Below the pieces are notes generated by a model. It did not search any database. It was not told the DNA's origin and was given only the letters and a program-made list of their open reading frames with translations. Below, piece by piece: positions 18,912 to 27,557 of a DNA stretch of 64,000 nucleotides. Each line of letters opens with the position of its first letter. Within the stretch, counting starts at the first letter, position 1. Both the position numbers and the translations under genes were made by a program. Origin of the DNA: an uncultured Acidobacteriia bacterium (GTDB lineage: Bacteria > Acidobacteriota > Terriglobia > Bryobacterales > Bryobacteraceae); NCBI GenBank assembly GCA_903876865.1, contig CAIRBY010000700.1:6-64005 (forward strand). Reading direction: 5' to 3'.

Positions 18912-19910
18912 TCATAGCAACATCCGTAACAGCAGCAAGCCGAAGGCGGCGAGCAGAAATTCCCGAAAATGCTCCCGGACCTCGCGCACCCGCCGAAAGC
19001 CCTGTATTTCGCGGGTTCGCAGAAAGATATCGTTGAGCGCCTGCGTCATGTCCGTGCCGGAATAAGCCCGATAGTAGCGCCCTCCGCTCTGGTCCGCGAC
19101 CATGCGCAGGGAACTCTCGTCGAAGGACGTCAGGATGGGACGCTCGTCTTTGCCAAGCAGGTACTGCACCTTACCATTCTCCTCGCCGATCGGGATGTAA
19201 GCGCCGGTCCTCGATCCGATGCCGATGCAGTAGACGGCGATGTCGCGCCGCACCGCTTCGTCCACGGCGAACTTCAGATTGTCGCCGTAATCTTCCCCGT
19301 CGGACAGCAGGATGAACACCTTCTTATTGCGGCTCACGGCTTGATCGATTTCCGCCTGGCGGGTCAGTACGACCATGCCATTGCGGATGGCGCCGCCGAT
19401 ATTCGTACCGTACTGCAGTACGCCTTGATTGCGAAGATATTCGAGATAGAAGCTGAGATTGCGCGGGTCCGAGGTCAAGTAGGAGAGAGTGAGACTGGTA
19501 TCGGAAAAGGACACCAGTCCGAAGCGGTCTTCTTTTAGTTTCGTGGCGATGAAAGAGCCGATTACGTCCGTGGCGCGGGCCAGGCGCGAGGGGTATATGT
19601 CCTGCGCTCGCATGGAGGGCGAGATGTCGAGCAGCAGGACCACATCGAGCTTACGCACGTCGGCAATCCGGCGTTCCACCGTGGTCTGTGGACGCGCGGC
19701 GGCAAGGATCAGGCAGCCCAGCAGCAGCAGTCCGGCGGTGTGCTGCAGGCCGCGGCGAAACAGACTGGATGGGCGGGATGTGAGCAGGTTGGAGGCGACT
19801 CCCAAGCGCCGGCGCGCGGCGGCGAGGGCGCGGAGCGAGACGGCGCACCACACGGTCAGGGCAAGCAAGCCCCAGCCCAGATTCAGGAATTCGGGCCGGA
19901 GGAAGGTCAT
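18912..19910 (-). CDS. VWA domain protein (BatB-like)
   Basis: Two N-terminal TM segments and a MIDAS motif, LLLDISPSM. Confidence 0.85.
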   Translation of the reverse strand: MTFLRPEFLNLGWGLLALTVWCAVSLRALAAARRRLGVASNLLTSRPSSLFRRGLQHTAGLLLLGCLILAAARPQTTVERRIADVRKLDVVLLLDISPSMRAQDIYPSRLARATDVIGSFIATKLKEDRFGLVSFSDTSLTLSYLTSDPRNLSFYLEYLRNQGVLQYGTNIGGAIRNGMVVLTRQAEIDQAVSRNKKVFILLSDGEDYGDNLKFAVDEAVRRDIAVYCIGIGSRTGAYIPIGEENGKVQYLLGKDERPILTSFDESSLRMVADQSGGRYYRAYSGTDMTQALNDIFLRTREIQGFRRVREVREHFREFLLAAFGLLLLRMLL

Positions 19911-19937
19911 TGCTCGAAGCCTCTCCGCATGCTTTGT

Positions 19938-20579
19938 CTAGCCCCGTTTTTCCGGAGCGAGTTGGCGCTGCGGATCCTGTTTCTTCTCGCCATCGTCGCG
20001 CAGGAGTTTCATCTGACCGCGCTTCAACTTCTCGAGTTCATCGTCCTTGCCTTTGCGGAGGCGTTCCAGAAGGCGGGAGGAGAGTTCGTAGTTGTACTTG
20101 ATGTCCCAATCGTCCGGTGAAGCCGCAAGCGCGCGGCGATAGCTCTCGGCGGCCTGTTGCAGGCCGGACTGGGTCTGCTGCTTCTCCTTCTGAGCGATGG
20201 CGCGGCGGAACTGCACGTTGCCCAGCCAGAAATGATATTCCGCGTCTTCCGCCAGATGTGGCGTAAGGGCGACTGCGCCTTCCAGGAAGTGAATCAGTTC
20301 CTCGTCGCGATTCTCCGCATAGAACACGCGCACCCGGTTGAATACCAGTTGCCGGTAACCGGCAGGAAGCAGTTCACCGGCAAGGGGCACGACGCCGATT
20401 CGCCGTGCGGCGGTGTCGTACATCTGCCGCGCTGTGCCGGAATCGCCGGCGGCGAGTGCCTTATTCGCGCCGGCAATTCCCCGCAACCAATCCGCATAGC
20501 CCAGCAAAACCACGGAAGCGATCAGGATTACGCCTGTCGCGGCCAGCAACAGAATGTGACCCGCGAACCGCCTTCTCAT
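19938..20579 (-). CDS. TPR-like membrane-anchored protein (BatC-like)
   Basis: Start re-chosen at MRRRFAGHILLLAATGVILIASVV (TM anchor). TPR-like helices follow. First gene of the operon. Confidence 0.6.
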   Translation of the reverse strand: MRRRFAGHILLLAATGVILIASVVLLGYADWLRGIAGANKALAAGDSGTARQMYDTAARRIGVVPLAGELLPAGYRQLVFNRVRVFYAENRDEELIHFLEGAVALTPHLAEDAEYHFWLGNVQFRRAIAQKEKQQTQSGLQQAAESYRRALAASPDDWDIKYNYELSSRLLERLRKGKDDELEKLKRGQMKLLRDDGEKKQDPQRQLAPEKRG

Positions 20580-20657
20580 TTTTGGTATGGTCCCACTTTC
20601 CGGATGGCGCTCCTCCGGGTGCGATCCGGCGGCACGGCACAACGGCGAAGCACGCGC

Positions 20658-21941
20658 TTACTTCTTCTTCTCTTTTTCCTCTTTGGAAAGCTGCATCATG
20701 CGCTCGATGGTGGGCATGATCGATTTCACACCGTTCTTGGCGCACTCGGCTTCAAACATTTTACGAACTGCCGGATCCTCGTTTTGATACTCGATGACGA
20801 CCGGGTATTCCTGGAACACTTCCTTCGAAGCCATGATATGAACGCGGCTGCCGAACGCCCCCACCTTCAGGAAGCGCGCAGGCTCTTTGTTCGGATTGAA
20901 GTGCTGATGATACCAGTTCAATGGCGGCACGAAGACCGTGTTGGGACCCCAATCCACGCGGACGACCTTGCTGCCGTTGCCATCGCGGAACGGATGCTCG
21001 CCCAGCTCAGGAGGCCAGATCAGGCTATAGCCGTGACCGGAGAGGTACATCACATTGGCTCCGGCACCGTGCCGGTGGCCGATTTCGTAGACCGAAGGCA
21101 TGAACTGTTCCACGTGCGAATCGAGGTTATCGAAGGCCATGGAGAAATGGCGGTTGGTGGTGCCGGAGCCACCCGCTTCGCGCCACGCCGTCTCCATCAT
21201 GCCGTGACCTGCCGGATAGAGTTTGATGGTGTTGACGTCTGGAATCAGATTGGTGACCGAGACGGCGTAACCGAGTCCATCGCGGCGGCTCACGCGGAAC
21301 TCAGCGGGCTCCGGCTTGAAGAAATCGGACTGTCCGCTGAAACGGTCGGTGAAGTTGTGCTTGTTGTTGAATACAAAATCCAGATCGCGGTAGAGATCGA
21401 TCGCCAGCGGCGCCCAGCCGACGCCATAGAAGCGGGCTGGCTCCTTGCCGGTGTTGACGATTTCGTAATTGACGTTCATGGGGAAAGGGAACATGGTTCC
21501 CTTCTGCCAGTGCGCGATGATCTTCTTGCCGCCGTCCAGCCAGAAGCGCGCCTCGCCTTCGCCGCTGAGCGCGACCACGCGGGATTCGTACAGGTGGCGG
21601 ACGGGCTTGGTCTGCTTGCCCGGCTGAATTTCGATGATGAAGCCCGTGGTCATGCCGCCGGCGCCATCGAGATACACGTAGGCGCCATCCACACCGTAAC
21701 GCTTCCACGGGCCTAATTTAGACTTCATGAGGTCCTGTACGGCGAAACCGCGCAAGACGGGAACGCCCTCGGACTCCAGATACTTATCCCACGGCGTGAC
21801 CGTCTCCATGGCGGAGACGGTCTTCTCGCCGCCTTTCTCCTGCGCGATGGCCGGCGCACGGCCAATCACGAGGGACAGCAACGCAGCCCCGGTGAGGGCA
21901 AGTCCAATTGTTTTGTTCCTGACGACGGATACCACACACAC
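20658..21941 (-). CDS. secreted bicupin protein
   Basis: Signal peptide ...GRAPAIAQE and two cupin barrels. The second barrel carries HRHGAG...PPLNWYHQHFN metal-ligand motifs. The start may be the GTG at 21935 (AAGGAG 5 nt upstream). Paralogue of 50279-51391. Confidence 0.7.
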   Translation of the reverse strand: MCVVSVVRNKTIGLALTGAALLSLVIGRAPAIAQEKGGEKTVSAMETVTPWDKYLESEGVPVLRGFAVQDLMKSKLGPWKRYGVDGAYVYLDGAGGMTTGFIIEIQPGKQTKPVRHLYESRVVALSGEGEARFWLDGGKKIIAHWQKGTMFPFPMNVNYEIVNTGKEPARFYGVGWAPLAIDLYRDLDFVFNNKHNFTDRFSGQSDFFKPEPAEFRVSRRDGLGYAVSVTNLIPDVNTIKLYPAGHGMMETAWREAGGSGTTNRHFSMAFDNLDSHVEQFMPSVYEIGHRHGAGANVMYLSGHGYSLIWPPELGEHPFRDGNGSKVVRVDWGPNTVFVPPLNWYHQHFNPNKEPARFLKVGAFGSRVHIMASKEVFQEYPVVIEYQNEDPAVRKMFEAECAKNGVKSIMPTIERMMQLSKEEKEKKK

Positions 21942-21981
21942 TCCTTAAATGCTAGAGGACAAACTTTCATCGAGACGCAAC

Positions 21982-22005
21982 GAAGGCCGCGGAGCCGCGA
22001 CCTTC
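21982..22005 (-). terminator. GC-rich hairpin after the TonB receptor gene
   Basis: GAAGGCCGCGG-AG-CCGCGACCTTC, lying 39 nt past the stop at 22044. Confidence 0.35.
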
Positions 22006-22043
22006 ATTGGCGCACTCATTATCATACGTGCCGGACGAATCCG

Positions 22044-25000
22044 CTACCAGATCAGTTTCAATCCGAACTGGATCTGCCGGGAGGGCGTCTGCGTAGTCGT
22101 CAACTGGCCCGCGTTGCCATTCAGCACTCCGTTGACGTTCCACATGGTGGTGTGGGTCGCATCGGGCAGTGCGAAGTTCGTGTGATTCATGATGTTGAAG
22201 AACTCCGCGCGGAACTGGATCCTGGCGGACTCGGAAACCTGCGGCACCAGGATATTCTTAAACAGCGACGAGTCGAAGTTCGCGATGCCGGGCCCCTTGA
22301 GCGAGTTGCGCCCCAGGTTGCCCAGCGTGTACTGCGCCGGGAAGCTAAAGCAGCCTGTGTTCACGTACTGCACTTGTCCGGGGTTAACGGTCGCGCACCC
22401 GTTGCCCGCAAAGTTGGCACGTTCGCCCAACTGAATCGAAGTCAGACTGCTCTTCAAGCCGGCGCGATCGTTATTCAGCATCACGCTGAAGGGCAAGCCG
22501 CTACCGGAAGTGAAGATGGTTCCCGCCTGCCATCCACCGAGCAGTGCCTTCGCGACTCCGTTCCAGGATTTTGGCGTCGGGATGTTGTAGAGAACGTTCA
22601 CTACCACCAGATCACGGACGTCGAAATCGGAGAGGCCATTATTGAGTCCGACGTAGAAAATACCCAGTGGGTTGTTCATCGTGTTGTTGAATTCGTTGGT
22701 GCTGAAGGTTGCCGAGCCCTGGTCCGTGCTCTTAGCGTGTGTCCACGCCAACTGCGCCATCAGACCGCTGGTGAGGTTCTTCTTCAAGCCCAACTGCATT
22801 GCCGCGTAGTGGCTATCCAGATTCCAGGTGGAGCCGGCAATGCGGGCGAAGTTCGTGTTGATCGGCACAGCCGTCGGACTCCAGGTGAACGGACTGGTAC
22901 TGATCGGCATGGCGATATCCGTCCCGTCCTGATTGTCGTAGAGGTTGTATCCGCGCGATCCGACAAATCCCACCGTGAGGACCGTGCTCGCAAAGAGTTG
23001 CCGCTGGACATTCACGTTGTACTGGGTGACGAAGGCGCGCGGCGGATCGGGTTGCACGTAGATGGTCCGGAAAGTCGCAGGGGTCATCAGCGGGAACGCT
23101 CCGTTGGGGAAGAAGTTGGCCGGACTCGAAGTAGCCGAATAGTTGACCGTGCCGCTCTCAAAGAAGGGCGGAGTTCGCGGGAAGCGGTTGGTGAAGAGGT
23201 AGGCGAGCGGCAGGGCATCATAGATACCGAAGCCGGCGCGGACCGAAGTCTTCCCATCCTTGAAAGGGTCCCACGCCAAGCCGACGCGCGGCGAGAAATT
23301 CTTGGTGGTGGGGTTATTGAACATCGGCCCGATCGTGACTGCCGCGTCGGTGATGTTGCGGAGGCTCGCCATCTTGCCATTCACTTCGCTCGGCACGGTC
23401 GCCATTTCGTAGCGTACGCCGAGGTTGATGGTCAGGTTCGACCGCAAGCGGATGGAGTCTTGCGCATAGACTCCGAACACCGACTGCCGGATGCCTCGGG
23501 TGTTATCGGAGGTGGGGAGCAACCCGGAGAACGACGTCGGAATATTGGCCATGAAATTGGCCACTGAGCCGAACGTGAATGCGCCGTCGGTGCTGAAGCC
23601 CGCGAAGAAATTATTCTGCATCCGTTCAAAGGCAGCGCCAAATTTCAGGGAGTGTTTTCCTTTGACCACGTACAGGTCGTTGTAGGCCTGGTAGGAGTTG
23701 TAGTGAAAGTTGTTCGGGTCGGGGCCGTTGATGCCGCCAATGAAAGTCGTGAGACCGGCGATCGTTATCGTACCGGGCTGGAGGCCGGGGATGAAACTGA
23801 GCGCGGGGTTCTTCAGCGCACTGTTCATTTGGGTGAGGATCGTGTTGTTGGAAGCATGAGTCCGCGCAAAGCCCAGGCGGAAGGAGTTGAACACCGCCGG
23901 AGAGAAGTTGTGCGTTTCCTCGAAGGTCACGTCCACGCGCCGGGACGCGGCGCCCACCAACTCGTTATTCAGCGCATCGGGAGCGTTGAACGCACCGTCG
24001 TCAAACTGGAACGCGCCGTTGATACTGTCCTTTTCGGAGAAGTGGTGATCGAATTTGCCGGTGTAAAAGTCGTCGTTGGAAACCCGGCTCGAACCAAAGA
24101 TGTAAGAGCCCGTTTGGCCATTGGAGGCGAGTCCGGCATTCGGCAGAGGGAAGAATGCCAGAAAGGGCTGGATTCCGGCTACCGCCGTACTACGCACGGA
24201 AGCCGACGGCACCGTTGAAATCACGGTGCTCGTGAGACTTTCACGGATGCCTTCATAATCGAAGAACCAAAACGTCTTGTTCTTCCGGATGGGACCGCCG
24301 GCCGAAGCCCCGTAGTTGTTGCGCCGGAACGGCAGTGCGCTCTGGGTGACGTCGAAGAAGTTTCTGGCGTCCAGGGCGCTGTTGCGCAGGAAGTAGTATG
24401 CCGACCCATGCAGAGCATTGGTGCCGGAGCGCGTGATTGCATTCACCACGCCGCCGGACACCTTGCCGTATTCCGCGGCCGGCGTACTGCTCTCCACCGA
24501 GAACTCCTGGACCGCGTCCACGCCCAGGTTGCTGCCCATGGCGCTGCCCGGAGCGGTGTTGGCATAGTCGTTGATAGAGATACCGTTCAGCCGGTAGTTG
24601 TTCGATGACGGGCGTCCGCCGGAAATGGAGATCTGCACGCCATTGCCCCGCTGCGCGCGATTACTGTCGGTCGCGTTCTGGGAGCGAACCTGGGCGATAC
24701 CCGGCTGCAATTGCGCCAACTGCGTCCAATCGCGGCCGTTCAAGGGAAGTTCGGTCATGGCTTTGCTGCCGACAACCGCGCTCATATCCGAACTGGTGGT
24801 CTCGATATTCGCCGCGAGGGCTTCGACCACGATTTCCTGGCCCATGGAGCCGACCTGCATCTTGACGTTCACCGTCAATTGGCCGCCGACTTCGAGTTTC
24901 ACGTCCTTGACCACGGTGCTGGCGAAGCCCTGCGCGGTACCGGTGACTGAATAAGTTCCGGGAGCCAGATCGGGAGCCAGAAACAGCCCATCGGCGTTCG

Positions 25001-25190
25001 TTGTCAGAGCGCGGGTGACACCCGTCTCCGCGTTCTTCAGGACGACCTTCCCGTTCGGGACCACCGCATTGCTGGGATCCTCCATCCGTCCGGAAATTGT
25101 TCCGCCGACCGTTTGAGCGGCAGAGATTCCTGCCAGCGCCAAAACCAGTCCGGAGATCAAGCAGAATCTGTTCAGGAAATGTCTAACCAT
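22044..25190 (-). CDS. TonB-dependent receptor with carboxypeptidase-regulatory-like N-domain
   Basis: Signal peptide followed by a CarbopepD_reg-like block (GTISGRMEDPSNAVVPNGKVVLKNAETG...PGTYSV). Long beta-barrel. The C-terminus RQIQFGLKLIW is typical of acidobacterial TBDRs. Confidence 0.9.
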   Translation of the reverse strand: MVRHFLNRFCLISGLVLALAGISAAQTVGGTISGRMEDPSNAVVPNGKVVLKNAETGVTRALTTNADGLFLAPDLAPGTYSVTGTAQGFASTVVKDVKLEVGGQLTVNVKMQVGSMGQEIVVEALAANIETTSSDMSAVVGSKAMTELPLNGRDWTQLAQLQPGIAQVRSQNATDSNRAQRGNGVQISISGGRPSSNNYRLNGISINDYANTAPGSAMGSNLGVDAVQEFSVESSTPAAEYGKVSGGVVNAITRSGTNALHGSAYYFLRNSALDARNFFDVTQSALPFRRNNYGASAGGPIRKNKTFWFFDYEGIRESLTSTVISTVPSASVRSTAVAGIQPFLAFFPLPNAGLASNGQTGSYIFGSSRVSNDDFYTGKFDHHFSEKDSINGAFQFDDGAFNAPDALNNELVGAASRRVDVTFEETHNFSPAVFNSFRLGFARTHASNNTILTQMNSALKNPALSFIPGLQPGTITIAGLTTFIGGINGPDPNNFHYNSYQAYNDLYVVKGKHSLKFGAAFERMQNNFFAGFSTDGAFTFGSVANFMANIPTSFSGLLPTSDNTRGIRQSVFGVYAQDSIRLRSNLTINLGVRYEMATVPSEVNGKMASLRNITDAAVTIGPMFNNPTTKNFSPRVGLAWDPFKDGKTSVRAGFGIYDALPLAYLFTNRFPRTPPFFESGTVNYSATSSPANFFPNGAFPLMTPATFRTIYVQPDPPRAFVTQYNVNVQRQLFASTVLTVGFVGSRGYNLYDNQDGTDIAMPISTSPFTWSPTAVPINTNFARIAGSTWNLDSHYAAMQLGLKKNLTSGLMAQLAWTHAKSTDQGSATFSTNEFNNTMNNPLGIFYVGLNNGLSDFDVRDLVVVNVLYNIPTPKSWNGVAKALLGGWQAGTIFTSGSGLPFSVMLNNDRAGLKSSLTSIQLGERANFAGNGCATVNPGQVQYVNTGCFSFPAQYTLGNLGRNSLKGPGIANFDSSLFKNILVPQVSESARIQFRAEFFNIMNHTNFALPDATHTTMWNVNGVLNGNAGQLTTTQTPSRQIQFGLKLIW

Positions 25191-25292
25191 CGCGTAACCC
25201 CTTCACTTCAACCAGAATTTTGATGCACCAAAACCTACCCGGCGACCTGGCGGGTCACTTCCCACGGACCTCCCAGAGTCCGTTTGTTGTCA

Positions 25293-25306
25293 TGCAACCG
25301 TTTCCA
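25293..25306. promoter_or_regulatory. LacI/PurR-type operator (weaker copy)
   Basis: TGCAACCGTTTCCA fits TGnAAnCGnTTnCA. About 100 nt upstream of the TBDR start. Confidence 0.45.
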
Positions 25307-25362
25307 GTATTCAATATCATTTGAACCCAATTGTCAACCACTCCACCGATTATTTCCCTCAA

Positions 25363-25376
25363 CGCAACCGATTGCA
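25363..25376. promoter_or_regulatory. LacI/PurR-type operator
   Basis: CGCAACCGATTGCA. Identical to the site at 51406 and to the reverse complement of the site at 34229. Confidence 0.65.
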
Positions 25377-25379
25377 GGC

Positions 25380-26411
25380 TCAGTACGCTTCGAACATACG
25401 TTGGATTTCATTGATTTTGCTGGTCTTGGTCAAGGCAAGCATCAGCAGGATACGTGCCTGCTGCGGATTCAGGTTATCGCCGTCGACGAATTCCGGGTAG
25501 CGCTTGGCGGGCCGTCCGTTGCCGCCGCGCTGGCTATCCACCACGGGAATCCCCTTTGCCGCCACCTTCAACAGGGCGTCTGCCTGCTCCGGTGCGCCAG
25601 TGCCGGTTGGAAACGCTGCCAGCACGATGCCCTTGGCCTTCCCCTGCCCTACAGCGGCGTCCACGAGCACGCCGTCGGCCCCGACGTAGGAATAGACGAT
25701 GTAGACCTTGGGGAGGTCCGTGAGGCCAGTGACGTCGAACTCCGAATGGGTAGTGTGCAGCCGCAGCGGGCGGCGATAGAAACTCACGCGATCTTTGTCC
25801 ACCATGCCCAGATCGCCCACGTCGCCCGAATTCCAGGCATTGACCCGGTGGCTGATGGTCTTGCGCACATCCCGCGCGGCGTGGATTTCGTCGTTGACCA
25901 CCGCCATCACCCCCATGCCCGGGCTGAGTGGGTGGACTGCGACGCGCACGGCTTCGTAGAGGTTCTTGTCGCCATCGGCGCCGAGCGTTCCGTGCAGGCG
26001 CTGCGCGGCGGTAAGGATGACCGGCTTCTCGCTTTTCACAGTGAGATCGAGGAAGTATGCCACTTCTTCGAGCGCATTGGAGCCAATCGAGACCACCACC
26101 GCGTGAACCTCCGGTTCCTTGGCGAAAATCTGGTTGATCCGGTTGGCCAGACCCACCAGCATCGCCGTGGAAAAATCGCCGCTGCCGATCTTGCTGAATT
26201 CCTCCACTTCGATCCGGGCCTGTTCGCCGAGTTGGGGAATGTCCTTGATCAACTGCGCGCCCTCGATCCGGGTGTCCGGCGTGAAACCCGGACGAACGTG
26301 AGCGATCGTCCCTCCAGTGGCGATCAGACGCACGAGCGGCAGTGGCTTTGGTTGGGCGCAGAGCACCGCAGGGAACAACAAGCACAGACTGGCGAGCAGG
26401 CGATGATTCAT
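25380..26411 (-). CDS. periplasmic L-asparaginase (type II)
   Basis: Signal peptide and the catalytic motif LIATGGTIAH. Typical asparaginase/glutaminase layout. Confidence 0.9.
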   Translation of the reverse strand: MNHRLLASLCLLFPAVLCAQPKPLPLVRLIATGGTIAHVRPGFTPDTRIEGAQLIKDIPQLGEQARIEVEEFSKIGSGDFSTAMLVGLANRINQIFAKEPEVHAVVVSIGSNALEEVAYFLDLTVKSEKPVILTAAQRLHGTLGADGDKNLYEAVRVAVHPLSPGMGVMAVVNDEIHAARDVRKTISHRVNAWNSGDVGDLGMVDKDRVSFYRRPLRLHTTHSEFDVTGLTDLPKVYIVYSYVGADGVLVDAAVGQGKAKGIVLAAFPTGTGAPEQADALLKVAAKGIPVVDSQRGGNGRPAKRYPEFVDGDNLNPQQARILLMLALTKTSKINEIQRMFEAY

Positions 26412-26420
26412 GAGACTCTC

Positions 26421-27128
26421 CTATTTCTTGGACCCCGTTTGGGCCAGGTAATCGGCGGCGGCGTCGGCTTCTTCCGATTGCGGGAACTCCTTGACGATCT
26501 GCCGGTAGAGATCGGCCGCCTTCTGCCGTTGCTGAGCTGCCAGCGCGGCGTTCTTCTGGGCTTCGTATAACCGCGCCAGGTGAACGTGCTGTTGCGCCAG
26601 CAGGAACTTGATCAGCGACATTTCCGAATACTTCGGATACTGCCGGATGAAGTCCTCTTTCCCGGCAATGGATTTTTGCGTGGCGGGGATGTTGTCACCG
26701 GGTTCGTCGAAGCCGATCAGAGCGTACCGGGCATCGGCGGCGCGTTCCCCCGCCGGCGCAACTCGAAGGTACTCCCGAAACGCGGCAAGATCGTAGTGGT
26801 AACCGAGTTTGTCTTCGACGATATTCACGCCGTACGGCTTCAGCCGGCGTTGAATGACCGCCCCAAGGGCGGGATCGATATTGCCGTGGGCGGACTTGTC
26901 CTTGGACATAAGATCCGCCAGATCGAGCGAGGTTTCACCCATCGCATACAGTGCATCGAGGCGGTCGGAGGCTTTTGGTGCGTTTTTGCTCCGGTCATAG
27001 TCCTTGCCGATTTCGGCCAGCATCTGATTGACGATCCGGGGATCGAGTATGACGTCGTACGCCAGCGCCGGCAAGAGGAACCACGCGCCGATCAGGAGCG
27101 CTATATTGAGCGGAGAGGATCTAGCCAT
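26421..27128 (-). CDS. secreted helical-repeat hypothetical protein
   Basis: Start re-chosen at MARSSPLNIALLIGAWFLLPALA (signal/anchor). The C-terminal region is TPR-like helices. First gene of the asparaginase operon. Confidence 0.55.
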   Translation of the reverse strand: MARSSPLNIALLIGAWFLLPALAYDVILDPRIVNQMLAEIGKDYDRSKNAPKASDRLDALYAMGETSLDLADLMSKDKSAHGNIDPALGAVIQRRLKPYGVNIVEDKLGYHYDLAAFREYLRVAPAGERAADARYALIGFDEPGDNIPATQKSIAGKEDFIRQYPKYSEMSLIKFLLAQQHVHLARLYEAQKNAALAAQQRQKAADLYRQIVKEFPQSEEADAAADYLAQTGSKK

Positions 27129-27540
27129 GTCCGATCTAACCACGTCTGAAATTCTGCCTGCCAAGTATCTCGATCTCTTCGAAAAAAAGGCCTTCGCCAG
27201 CCTCGCCACCATGATGCCGGGCGGCCAACCGCAAGTCACACCGGTGTGGGTGGACTTCGATGGCGTTCATATTCTGGTGAATTCCGCCAAGGGCCGCCAA
27301 AAAGACCGCAACATGCGGGAACGGCCGCAAGTGGCCCTGGCGCTGATGGATCCGGAGAACGCGTACCGTTATCTGGAAATCCGCGGCCGCGTCGTGGAAG
27401 TAACGGACGAAGGGGCGGACGCGCACATCGACAAGATGGCAAAGAAATATCTCGGCGCGGACTCGTATCCGTTCCGCCAGGCCGGCGAAACACGTGTCAT
27501 CTACAAAATCGCCCCCGAGCATGTGACCACGATGGGCTGA
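27127..27540 (+). CDS. PPOX-class (pyridoxamine 5'-phosphate oxidase fold) probable F420-dependent enzyme
   Basis: Start re-chosen at MSDLTTSEIL. FASLATMMPGGQPQVTPVWVDFDGVHILVNSAKGRQKDRNMRERPQVALALMDPENAYRYLEIRGRV is the typical split-barrel signature. Confidence 0.7.
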   Translation: MSDLTTSEILPAKYLDLFEKKAFASLATMMPGGQPQVTPVWVDFDGVHILVNSAKGRQKDRNMRERPQVALALMDPENAYRYLEIRGRVVEVTDEGADAHIDKMAKKYLGADSYPFRQAGETRVIYKIAPEHVTTMG

Positions 27541-27557
27541 GTAGCTTGCCTGCGCGA

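Noticed and set aside
15018-20579. MoxR/DUF58/VWA/TPR/BatD six-gene operon as a candidate novel NTPase-VWA conflict system.
   Set aside because: The composition matches the well-known Bat (aerotolerance) / MoxR-DUF58-VWA operon. Only the gene order (TPR, VWA, MoxR, DUF58, BatD-like, VWA) differs from the Bacteroides arrangement. No effector or sensor domains are attached.
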